A stretch of 63,930 bases of DNA, counting the filler, from Thelocarpon superellum (taxonomy: Eukaryota): the NCBI GenBank assembly GCA_026025795.1. It is 3 parts of 3 records of this genome, joined end to end, with 100 filler letters (N's around TTAATTAATTAA, not from the genome) between each part and the next. Parts side by side here need not be neighbours in the genome. Positions count along the whole stretch, not along the records: positions 1 to 23,975 come from JAPEUG010000277.1; 2 more parts are not named here. One strand, written 5' to 3'. Shown here piece by piece: positions 1 through 11,413 of the stretch. Within the stretch, counting starts at the first letter, position 1. The number at the start of each line of letters is the position of its first letter. A model generated the notes under the pieces. The model saw only the letters and a list, made by a program, of their open reading frames with translations. It made no database searches and was not told where the DNA came from. A program made the translations under genes and the position numbers.

Positions 1-936
1 CCAGATAACCGAGTCTACGCATAGGGAGCCAAGTCATAATCCACTGGAGCGCACCATGTACCATAACCAAGTCCACAGTCGACTGTATCACAATCCACGG
101 GAGCGAGTCATGGAGTACCAATGCTCAAGCTACAGCTTCGAGTCTATGCGTATGAAGGTAGGTACGCAGGAGCATGCCATGTATTGACAGACCTTGAAGT
201 TCAATTAGTAAAGAAGTAAAGACATACAGGGTATGCCGGGTACAAGCAATCCAATCCACATTGATGTGCTCTGATGGGGACTAAAGGGAGTATGCCATAG
301 ATAAAACCAAATCCAAATTGGTGTAGTGGGGACATGGGGGAGCACGCTGTGTGTGCAAACCAAATCCAAAATTTCCTGGTGAAGGTGTCTGGGAGCTTGT
401 CATATATGTTACTGAGGGACCAAGCGACCAAGTCTTTGCGTGTGAAGATACACGGGAGCACGTCACGTACTGTGGAGGCTCCATACAGGAGCTTGAGGCT
501 TCTGAGTAAGCCAGCTCACGTGACCCACAATAGCTGTATATTAGAACAGCGGATAGCTTCCGTAGCTGAGACCACCCATCTTCCGTGTAATAACCGGGGT
601 GCGTCAGTACTCACATGCCCGAGTAATCAAGTGATGGCATAGCCGCATAGTCACAGAATCAAGTAGTCACGTAGTCATGTGATCAATGTAAGGATGTATT
701 TTTGGGTGTTGCCGTTTAAGCTCTCTCTTCTGTATGTGGGGGTCTCTATCTGATTGGAGGCTCAGGTGAGCTGGGATGTGAAGATCACAATTGGGTGGTG
801 AAGGTGTGGGGACGGGGCAGATGGAGGAACGGAGGGAATGACGACAGAAGAGGGGAAGAATGGGGTGGATTCGCCCATATCGCCGTCGTCCACGATCCCA
901 TCATGCCATACCTCAGATCCAATCCAATTCCATTCA

Positions 937-2581
937 TTACCACTGCAGATTGACACGGCGACTGAGCAGGACCGTAGCGGCAGCCGACGAGGGAGCAACA
1001 GGGGTATAATGAGCCGGGGAGGGAGAAGCGACATGGGCCGAGTGATGATCGGCGAACAGCGAGGAGTTGTCGTGCGGATCATCGCTGTCTTCGTCGACCT
1101 TGATGCACACATCCATGTCCTGGTCTTGTTCCTGCGGCACGAAGAGCCCGTCAGGCGAAAAGTTCTGGTGGTGACGACGAGGAGACACAATGGCCGATTC
1201 GTTGCCGCTCATGGCGCCAATCTCTGCATGGTCAGAGGCGTTGCCGACCTCAAAGCTCGCGTGTTCCCGCGCGGAGGACGGGCTGGATTCGTCAATGTTG
1301 GTGTTCATGGTTTTGGCGGCGAGGGCCGCGGCGGCTTCGCCTTCCTCTTCGTGCTTGTCGTCCAGTTCGGGGGGGATTTGAGCCGTGCCTGCCCATAGAG
1401 CCTCGGAGCGCTTCTTGCACGCCCCAGCCGAGTAATTGCCTTGCGGCTTGCTCGCCATGAGGTGCTTCGCCACGTAATCCCACCGCCGGCTGTCGATCTT
1501 GTTCTTCTCGCGTTCCATGGTGGTCTCGGCCTCTTCAATGGCGCTCAGAAGGCGTTCATCCTGTCCAATTCGTCGCATCAGTTGGGTCGTCGGTGAGCTT
1601 TGCAGGGCAGTACGTACGTCTCCACCGTGCCACACCGTCTCGCCGAGGTCCAGACGTTGCTCTTCGTGATCGTCAATGGCCTTACGGAGACGCGTGTATC
1701 GTGAGCTAATCGTCTTGCGGCTGTACTTGACGCGTCCCGTCTTCTGAAGGTGGTCCGCAATCTCGGCATCGGTGTAGTGCCCTTCTTTCATCTTGACCAG
1801 GAGCTCGTCGTCCGAGTCCATGTCCCAATGCACTTTCTTCGGGACTGCTGCACGCCCGCCGGCGATCTTGGGCTTTTTGACGCCCGAAAATGCCATGGAT
1901 GATGATAGGTGGTGCTTCTTGCCCGTCTTGGGGGTGGCCACGCTGGAGGTCGGAGTCGTCTCGACGGTGAGAGTCGAAGCAGGAGGCGCGTATTTGGCTG
2001 GCTGTACATAGGAATACCGCTTGTTAGTGCATCTCAGCGTCATCGTGCGGGTAGGGAGAGCCTTGGAAGCATCTCATACGGTGATGGTGGTATGTCCATT
2101 CTCACAACATCGATGTGACCGTGCATTAATCCACAAGGAGATCATCACCCAAGGGAATAAGAAAGATGGACGTACCTCAGCTTGTCCGGGTCCCGTCACG
2201 TCTAGCTGAAGCTTGTCGGTAGGACGGGCGTCATCCTCAGAGTCATCTTCACGCACTCGAGGCAGGGGGGAGGGTCCACCACAGGGTTTGCCCAATGCTA
2301 GCTCGGCGACGCACGTGTTAGTTTGGGGCACTCACGGTCGGGAGGGAGAGACAGGGAGGTCGCCGCTACTCGGCGCCCACCCCGGAACACGACTTACCGG
2401 TTGGGTACACGTCGGGGTCCAGGACATCCTGGGAGAAGTATGGTAGTCCTTCACGAGGGGAGTCGTCCATCGTCGCCTTGTCTCGGCCTTTCCCCGCCTT
2501 CTTGGGTGTCTTCGGTTTCATACGATCTCTACCGCCGGGAGAATCCTTGCCCTTGGGAGGCGGTCCTGTGGAGGGCCCCAT
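937..2581 (-). CDS. Fungal hypothetical protein with Myb/HTH-like helical domain (DUF7626-like); 4 exons
   Basis: ATG at 2581. Introns 2397-2298 (GTAAGT..CTAAC..TAG), 2175-2002 (GTACGT..CTAAC..CAG) and 1617-1561 (57 nt, in frame) join ORF fragments in phase. Motifs DSDDELLVKMKEGHYTDAEIADHLQKTGRVKYSRKTISSRYTRLRK and RWDYVAKHL..YSAGACKKR. Family name is recalled, not searched. Confidence 0.7.
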
Positions 2582-3004
2582 GATGAGAGCCAAAGGCGAG
2601 GGGTCTCGTGATGGCTCCGACAGCTACACCTGGAGAAAATGGGGGTGTTTGTTGGCCTGGGGAGGTGCAGATGCAGAGGTGGTATTGAGTCGGGTTGTTG
2701 TGGGGAGAAATGTCTAGTAATGAACTTGGCTTGTTCATGCAAGCATACCACAACAAGCCAGTGACGGTCTGGGACGGTCGGTGTTTATCCAGTCTGTGCA
2801 GCACGTGCTGTTGAACAGAAACGTGCCAACTAGTACCTACTAGTTATTTCCGTGATTGGGGGTACGGAGATCCCCCGATAGCTCAGGAGGGCGGGAGAAC
2901 AACGTGGATAGGAAGGCTGAAGGGAGCGAGGAGAAGGCGCGGGGCAAGCCATCATGTATACGTATACTCCAGGTACCTGCTGCCTCGGTTTGATGCTGGG
3001 GATG

Positions 3005-3165
3005 GTCATGATATCAGGGTGATGATTCAGACAGTCACGAGATTGGTGAGATGAGGGGCCAGTCACGATGTACAGAGAGAGATGAGGGGGGCAGTCACGA
3101 TAAACCTGGAGAGATGGTGGGTCAAGTCACGATGTACGAGGGAAAACGATGGGGACGGTCATGAT
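3005..3165. repeat. Degenerate ~28-32 nt periodic array with GTCAYGAK core (6 copies)
   Basis: Cores start at 3005, 3034, 3062, 3094, 3126, 3158 (spacing 29, 28, 32, 32, 32), with purine-rich spacers. Confidence 0.75.
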
Positions 3166-3442
3166 ATGCAGGGAGACTCTCAGCGTCGCCGGCGATAATT
3201 GGTGGCCAGCTAATAAAGTGGAACATGGCGACCCGGAACCGTACTCGATTGTGGCTGTGCAATGACGCACTACTTAAGCCACAGCGTGGCGAGTGCCTGA
3301 CCTCATATGCTCCCTACGGCCTGGGTTCCGGACTGCAGCAAAGAACACTTTAAGGAAACTCTCACCTATCTTTGAAAAGTTGACATACCCGTACCTGCTC
3401 CTTTCACTCTACTCAATCCACCAAGTATCACCATCAATCAAG

Positions 3443-4708
3443 ATGTTGGAATACTTCACGTACAAGAAGGTTAAGAAGCATCGGCAAGAAAAGGCGGCGA
3501 GGGCGAATTCTCCCGCCCCGCAAAAGCCCGTTCTATCCCCGACCGATGAGCAATTTCTACAGAGGGTCGTGTCGGAAGATGAACCGCCACCGCCATTGCC
3601 CGAACGGCCGCCGGTGCTAGTCGCAGGAGATCCCACGGACAATGACCAACAGGTGGGCTTCCCAGGGGAAGCGCGCGGCCTGCCAGAACGAGTCCCGTCG
3701 AAGAAGACGAATCGGTTCTCTTTCCTCCAACGCAGTCGTGCCAGAAAGGTTTCCATCCACTCGCTCCTGTTGTCCTACCTCTCTAACGTGCCAAGGATGA
3801 CGTCTCCAAAGCGACGGGCGGGAAGATGAATCCCGATGGAACGATGAATGCGAATGAAGGTGGGTGATGATATTCGTCAACATTTCGTCAAGATTCCTGT
3901 CGCTGACACGTCTCTGTAGCGACGAAGGAAAAGCAAGACATCACCTCGATCCTGGACAACCTCAATCTATCCGCCGTCAATAACACAGCCTTCTCCTTGT
4001 CCAAGGAGTCGCAAGCACTGGTCGGGAAGTTCACGGTGGTGCTGAAAGACCTGATCAATGGCGTACCGACTGCGTACGACGATCTGGTCCGGCTCCTCGA
4101 CGACTCGAGCGAGTTCCTGCAAACTCACTACAGCTCCCTTCCCCACTTTCTCCGGAAGTTGATCAAGACCCTGCCGGCCAAGTTCTCCAAGAACCTCGGC
4201 CCGGAAATCTTTGCCACCGCCGCCGGGGTAGCGGCGGAGGCTGAACACTCCAGCGGCAAGCCCAGCATGAAGTCCACGGCCGCCAAAGCCGGGCTGCGCA
4301 TCCCAACTCTCAAGGAGATGGTGATGAAGCCCGGCGCCGTGGTGGGGATCTTGAAAGCGATCATGAACTTCCTGAAGCTGCGTTGGCCTGCGTTCATTGG
4401 CACGAATGTGCTGTGGAGCCTGGGACTCTTTGGTGAGCCTGATGGCCCAGATGTTCCCCGTCTTCGCTAACGCCTCACCAGTCTTGCTCTTCGTCTTCTG
4501 GTATTGTCACAAACGCGGCCGCGAAGTGCGCCTCGCCAAGGAGAAGCTCGATCGAGATGGAGGCGCGACCGTCGACTCGGGTCGATTCGAGGAGATCGAC
4601 AGCGACTCATACGACGACATGCGCGATAGCTTTGACCGTACAGATGGCGGTGCGTCGTCATCATCGATCGCCGCCCGACCGGTGGAGACGTCGCATCACC
4701 GGCGCTAA
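3443..4708 (+). CDS. Conserved fungal hypothetical protein with C-terminal transmembrane segment
   Basis: MLEYFTYKKVKKH..PVLSPTDEQFLQR N-terminus; LDNLNLSAVNNTAFSLSKESQ..LKDLINGVPTAYDDL; NFLKLRWPAFIGTNVLWSLGLF|VLLFVFWYCHKRGREVRL; several GT-AG introns; TAA 4706-4708. Confidence 0.8.
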
Positions 4709-5054
4709 CCAGTCCAAGAGGTCGAGCGGGCTGAGTTGCTCGACGACGCCAGCCTCGCGAGACGACAGCAGCTGATTGCCGAGACGAAACGGCCGACGCG
4801 GCAACACAAATGGCAGGCGGCGCCATCGAATGCGCCTCTTGAATCTCAAGAATCTTGCGTGGTGATTTGACGTTGCGCTCTTACGATACGACCTGTGCAG
4901 TTCTTTTCCTTCTTCCTTCCAGCCTTGATTTCAAGCGCTAGCAGAACGTCACGAGCAATAGGGGGGATGTTGAGGTTGAAATTGGTCCAAGTGCTCGATA
5001 TCTATGTTATGTGCTACCAAAATGGAGACCTAATCTAGGAATCCAGATCGAAGA

Positions 5055-6654
5055 TTAGCTATTTTGATCCGAGTGCGTCATCCCGTCATCCGGCCGGGAG
5101 TGGAGTTCGGCCGCCTGGGGCTTATCCACCAGGCCTTCTGCCATGGCAATAGCGCCATCTACGTCCCCTTTATTGAACAGAAATAAGCCCTGGAGCGCGG
5201 CAGTACTCGGTCTGCGCGCCGGGTCGGCGATCCTCCCGTTCGCGTCCTCGACCATTCCCAGTGCTTCTAAGCGGTGCAAGAAGCGGCTTCTGCCTTGGCC
5301 ATCTACATCGACGTCCGCGTAGAAGCGATCCCACAGCTGCTCGATCTGCCACCGCGTCGCTTCGCCCAGTCGCACCGTCATGTCCACGCGACCCGGCCGC
5401 ACCAGCGCGGCATCTAGGCGTTCCACGTGGTTGGTGGTCAGGAAGACGATGCGCTCTTCGGCGCTCGCCACGCCGTCGAGCGCATTCAAGAGCCCCGAGA
5501 ACGTCACGTTCGCCCCGCGGTACCCGTCGCGGTCTACCTGGTGCCGTCGATTGGTAAAGGCCGCGTCGACGTCTTCGAGGAGGACGAGCGTGCGTGAGGG
5601 AATGATGGTGAGGAGGTGGTTGAGGCGGTCGTCGGTCAGGCCGCGCTCCGAGAGGTTGAGCAGGCTGATGTTGTAGTCAAGCTCGCCTGCCAGTGCTTGG
5701 ATGAACGAGCTCTTCCCCGTGCCGGGAGGTCCGTGGAGCAGGTAGCCGCGTCGGTAGGGGATGCCCCGGTCATGGTACCAAGCGTCGGAGGCGAGGAAGT
5801 CCTGCACGTCGGCTAGGATGCGCTCCTTGACGCCTCGATCGAGGATGACGGAGTCGAGCGGTCGTTTTTGGCGAGCTTGGCCGAACGGTCGCCATTCCGT
5901 GCCCCACGACGTATATACTGTCGTTTTACCTTGCGTGAGCTGGGCCGCGAGAGCGTGTGCTTCGGTGAAGAGGTGCTCGAAGATGTGCCGGTGTGCGTAG
6001 AGGGTGGTCAGGGTGACCGTTTCCCATGGTGTGCCGGTGGCGATGTCGACCGTCTTGGTCTCGCGAGATCGTGTCACCGCGATGAAGGCATTGCGATAGC
6101 GAAGGATGTGTCTTCCGGGGCCGGGAACGAGGGAGAATTGGGTGTGTAATGAGCCGTTTGGTCGACTGATCTTGGAGGTCTGGATCGATAGATGATGTAG
6201 CCCTGGGACGAGGCGGCGCCAAAGTGCGGAGAATCTGGTCGGTTTTATGCCATGATCGGCTGAGGGTAGAACGGACGAGTGGGATAGTTGGGCACTGTGG
6301 TATCGTGACATCCAATGGAGGAACCATTGATATGATTCATCGTTGCGACTAATCTCGACGTCGACCAACAAACGCCGTTTGAGCAGCGAGGCAGCCTGGC
6401 GCACGCCTTTTTGCGCCACCGCAATTGCAGCTCCAAGACCCGCCAAGCCAAATCCCTACCCGCCACACGTCAGCAGCGGTACACAACAGCGATGGTTTGT
6501 CGCTCACCGCAGTGAAAAATGGATTGGCCGACAATTGAGCGATCAGATTCCCAGAGCCAGCGTCCGCGGTGATCTGTTTCGCGATCTGATCTCGCGCACT
6601 CGGGGGGACCGAGGCGATCTGTGCCGGCTCGCTCGACGGGACATTCTGGTCCAT
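5055..6654 (-). CDS. BCS1: Mitochondrial chaperone BCS1 (AAA ATPase)
   Basis: LSANPFFTA|GFGLAGLG TM segment across intron 6507-6456; WYHDRGIPYRRGYLLHGPPGTGKSS Walker A; LLEDVD Walker B; VTFSGLLNALDGVAS; RPGRVD. Confidence 0.95.
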
Positions 6655-6982
6655 TGGCTCATACTCTACTATGAAGGGACCTTGACGAAGGCCGATTCCG
6701 GTGGACGCAGAGCAACCTACTCGTACAGGTGACGCTTTCCGCTCGAGTCGGCCTCGCGGTAACAGTCGGATCCGACGCCGGCGCCGTTGCTGAGTCATGG
6801 TCGGCGCCAGTGCGCACGCTGGTGCATGATTCGCTGCCTTGCCCGAGGCGCGGATCTTTGGGTTAAAGTCGTCGGATGCACTTCTGCCTGGCTCCTCGTA
6901 TCCTGGCATGCCGCCTGCACCATAATCACGGCGCCCTCTCTCCTTGGCTCTAGTCTTTCCTTACCCTCCCATCCTGTCTTCC

Positions 6983-8412
6983 ATGTGGCCGTTCTTTCGT
7001 AGGTTTCTTCCATTCCGCGGATTGGATCCTGTCACTCTGCAATCATCCAGGCTCGCCTTTGCCAATCATCGCGCCATGTCGACAGGGGGAGCTATAGCTG
7101 CGACCTTGAATGCCGTCGTGTCGGACACGTCTCGACCGGGTGTCACACCGGAAGACGCGCAAGCGTTAAAGCACCACCTCAAAGATGGCAAAGGCTTCCG
7201 CAATCCGTGGGACAGCTGGAAGGATATGGAAGTGGGCAAGATCATCTGGGGGATGACCAAGTAGGTGCCACCGGATGAGCTTGCGAGAGACGGACTGTGT
7301 CCTGACCGTGACCTTTCCTAGGCGGCGTCTCACCGGCCAAGGCAACTCCCCAGACACCACCCCCCCCACAGTTCCCGTGCGCAAGCCCGAATTTACCACC
7401 GAGCGGTTCGGCAGTCAGCGCCTCCGGGCTACTTGGCTGGGTCATGCGTGCTACTACGTGGAATTCCCGGGTGGCTTTCGCGTCCTCTTTGACCCCGTCT
7501 TCGAGCCTCGATGCTCGCCCTTTTCATGGCTAGGGCCGAAGCGATATACTCCGGCGCCATGCGCGCTAGAGGACATTCCCATCGTCGACGCTGTTGTCAT
7601 CAGTCACTCGCACTATGATCATCTGAGCCACCCCACCATCACCGCGCTCCACAAGTCTCACCCGAACCTCCATTTCTTCGTACCGTTGCGCCTCAAGCCA
7701 TGGTTTGTCGAATCGGGCGTGAAAAACGTGACGGAGCTGGATTGGTGGCAGCAAAAGGAGATGCAGCTCTCCGCTCCGGCCTCCGATAGTAAGGCGGCCG
7801 GGGCCGAAGGCGGAGCGTTGGAGAGTATCACCGCCACCATCGGATGTCTCCCATGTCAGCACACGTCTGCGCGGACGGCCATGGACCGCAATGCCACGCT
7901 GTGGGCCAGCTGGAGCGTAGAGAGTGGGGGAAAGAAGGTGTGGTTTGGCGGCGACACCGGCTACCGCGCGGTCCCGGAACTGCCCAAGGAGGTAGACGAC
8001 TACGGACCCGGGCACGACTATCCGCACTGCCCGGCGTTCAAGCAAATCGGCGAATCCCGCGGCCCTTTTGACCTTGGACTAATTCCGATTGGCGCGTATG
8101 ATCCACGATGGTAGGTGTCCCGTCCCTCTCCCAACCCACCCCGCCCCTCCCACCCGTGCCCGACTCACCACGTCCCGTCCCACCACCAGGATCATGTCCT
8201 CCATGCACGCCAATCCCTTTGACAGCGTCAACATCTTCAGCGACACGCGGTGCAAGCGCGCGATGGGCATCCACTGGGGCACGTGGGTGCTGACGGAGGA
8301 GAACGTGCTGGAGCCACCGCAACTGCTCAAGGCGGCGCTGAAACGGAAGAACCTCCCCGAGGAGGGCCTCTTTGACGTCTGCGACATTGGCGAGAGCAGG
8401 ACTTTTGATTAG
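6983..8412 (+). CDS. N-acyl-phosphatidylethanolamine phospholipase D (metallo-beta-lactamase fold; NAPE-PLD/Fmp30 family)
   Basis: ATWLGHAC, LFDPVF..RCSP, ISHSHYDH (HxHxDH), FGGDTGY, PIGAYDPR, MGIHWGT. Two introns. Arg-rich N-terminus resembles a mitochondrial presequence. Confidence 0.9.
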
Positions 8413-9479
8413 CCCGCCAGGCTTTTCGCTTCCAGCCCTTGGCCGAGCTGTGCTGTCCTACTTCCTCTCCTCTCCGCTCCGCTCCGCTCCTCTCCCGTTG
8501 AGCTCTCAGAGCTTCTTTCTTCCTTCTTCGTACCGACAATTGGTTCCTCCGCCTAACTTTTCCCCCACCTTGTTTTCCTTCTTGCACCCTGGACTATACC
8601 GTGCTGCTACTTATGGGACTACTTTTAGTTCTGCGACTAGTAGTGCCGCACCAGATAGACGAGAGAGGTTGTCTTTTGCTCTACGTGTACTTTTACTCCG
8701 GGCCAGAAGTAAGCAATGGACATGACCGGTCGAACCGACCAGGTCCACTCGTACTTGATGGGAAGGATGCCACGGTCCACCGCGTCACTACTGAGTGATC
8801 ACACTGCTCAAGGAAGCCTAGGTGATTCATCTGAGAGGTTTCCGTTGATCATTGATTGGTTCGGCAATGTCTAATTACATTTCCAGCGCGGTTCTGTCCG
8901 CTCCTCTATCCTTAGGTCCAATCCGTCCATCTGTCATCCATGTGAGAGTGGGGGCGCGTGCGGGAGTGTGTGTGAGAGTGTCTGGGTGCGAGGCCATGCC
9001 TGCACCCGGGTAGGGGGGCGAAAGGAGCGTGTGAGAGCGGTGCGAGTAAGCGGGAAAGACCGACGTTCCAGGACGTTATTAGGGATGGAGGAGGGGGGCC
9101 AAACGGCGACGAGCCTTGCTCTGCGTAAAGCAGAGGGAGGTCGGGGCCAGGGTGGGAGAAAATTAGATGAAGGATCGAGGTGCGCCGGGTGCGTGTGAAG
9201 AACGGAGGAGGTGTAGTAGGTGGTGGTGGTGGTGGTGGTAGAGGAGGAAGCCGAACAATCCATCTCCAACACTATGCGGAAGATTCCCAAGGCTGCAATC
9301 AAGACGACCGACCCATGACGTGCAAAAATAATGACAAAAACCACAACGTAAAGACTATGCCGCGTGCGTTGACCAAACGTCGCGGACGTATGGGGAGGGT
9401 GTTGGGGGTATTAGGGCAAAGGCGAAAACACCACCCCCCGGCATGCCATGTAGCCCTCTTCTCAGGACGGTAGAGGGGA

Positions 9480-11413
9480 TCACGCCGAGGCCAAAAGCAC
9501 CGCCATGAAGCAAGCGGCGACCAGGCTGAAGCCAGAGGCTGCGGTGGTGCGGCCAGCCTTGTTGGTGGTGACTTGCACCGGGCCGGCCGAGGTCGGCGTC
9601 GGGGTGTCGAAGGGGGCCGCCGTCGTGGCGCCAAAGGTGGTCGACGCGAACGTCGTCGGAGGGAAGGTTGGGGCGATGAAGGTCGTGTTGGACCCGGGGA
9701 CCGGCGTCGGCGCCACTGGCTCGATGATCGGGGCCGCCGTGCCAGTCTGTAGGACGACGTTGGGCGTGCCGCTCGCCGCCGTGGGCGTCTGCGTGATGAG
9801 CTGGACTTGGGGCACCGCGATGGACGTGGTAATCACGGTAGTGACGGACGACGACGTGATAGTGTTGGGGTAGGCCACCGTCGTCAGCGGCAGCGGCGAT
9901 TGCGTCTCCGTGATGGGGCACACTGTCGTCGATACGGCCACAGTCGACGTAACCACTTGCGTATATGAGGCCGGGCAGTTGGTGACCGTCGGCTCGCAGC
10001 TCGTGATGGTGACTTCCGACGTCGCGTAGACGGTGGACGTGTAGTCGGTCGGGTTGGCCCCGATGGTGATGTAGCTGGGAATCGCCGTGACGATGGCCGG
10101 GTTGCTGGAGATGTGTTGCGCGCAGAGACCAGCGAACGTTCCCAACGCGTTGCTGACGTCGCCTCCCTGACTGCCCCAAGCTTGGCAGCAGCTGATGACG
10201 TTGTTGGTAAAGTCGGAGTTGGGGCAAAAGCATGCCGTGTCGGAGTTGCTCGTGCATGACGTCGTGTGCAACCAGCTGTTGATGCATTTGGGGAGCACAT
10301 CAGTTATTGACGTCGTCGGCACGTTCGAGACAAACGTCGTCGCCGCCGCCGAGTAGGTCGTCGCCGCCGAGTAGGTCGTAGTCGTAGCCGCAGCGGGTGG
10401 CACAAACGTCGTCGTCGGTGCGGCAGGAATGATGGTCGTCGTTGGTGCGGCCGGGGTGATGGTCGTCGTCGGCGCGGCCGGCACCACGACGGTCGTGGAG
10501 GGAGAGGAGACCGAGACCGAGACCGAGACGCTCTGCTGCGGCGGGTTGCAGTCGAAAGCCATGCTGTGGATGCCGAAGTTGCAGCTGCTTTGAGGCGCGC
10601 TGTCTGGCAACTTGAATTGCACCCCCACAGCGCCACCACATTGGTTGTTGGTGATGTGCGACCCCGCCGCCTGACAAGGCTCCACGACCAAGCACGAGGA
10701 TTGGTCCGGCATGGTGTAGTGGCATTCCACGTTTGTGTCGAAGTCGACCGACACATCAAACGACGTGATGGAGAAGGACTTGAGCCCACCGCAGGAGATT
10801 TGAGGACACGAGCTCAGGTCCTTTCCGAGAGAGCCCAGAATGCATTTTCCCTGGCCGAACTCAGCATCCCCGCCGAAACACCGCATGACGGGAGATTCGA
10901 CTTACCCCAAAGATGCCGCCGAGGCCACCGCTGACACCTCCCCCAACGCTGACACCACCCCCGACGCTGGCCCCGCCCCCGACGCTGGCCCCGCCCCCGA
11001 CGTGGGCCCCCGCGCCGATGCTGGCCCCGCCCCCGACGTTGACCCCCGCGCCGATGCTGGCCCCGCCACCGACGCTAGCTCCCCCACCAAGAAGAGCATT
11101 GAGGCCGAAGGTTCGTCGCTTGATGGACCCGCCATGGAATTGGTTGGCGCATTGGAATCCGGAGAATCCCAGATCGCAGTAGGAGCTGAAGGGGCCGGCG
11201 TTGAGGTCCTGGAAGTTGAAGCCCGCCTTCTGTTGGGAATTGCACACATTATCCGTCGTCTGCGGCGTGCTAAAGAGACCTTGAGACAGCCAATTCTATG
11301 CCCGTCGTCAGTCCCTCGCCCTTGGTCGGCGTTGTGGGTAGGATGCCTACCGCATGGACCTGCTGGGCCGCGAGCCCCAGGGCCAGCACGACCGAAGTGG
11401 AGGTGGCCTTCAT
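9480..11413 (-). CDS. Secreted/GPI-anchored CFEM-domain adhesin, Metarhizium MAD1-adhesin-like
   Basis: Signal peptide [21 protein letters not shown]; introns 11350-11296 and 10905-10851. Cys-rich N-domain ([42 protein letters not shown]); CFEM-like [29 protein letters not shown]; Thr/Pro stalk; hydrophobic GPI-type C-terminus. Confidence 0.88.

Noticed and set aside
3005..3165. CRISPR-like appearance of repeat-spacer array
   Set aside because: Core is only 8 nt, spacers resemble each other, context is eukaryotic, and there are no cas genes.
9355..10287. Long alternative-frame or antisense ORFs overlapping real genes (also 48071-49075, 57748-58761)
   Set aside because: By-products of high GC3 codon bias in the true CDS.
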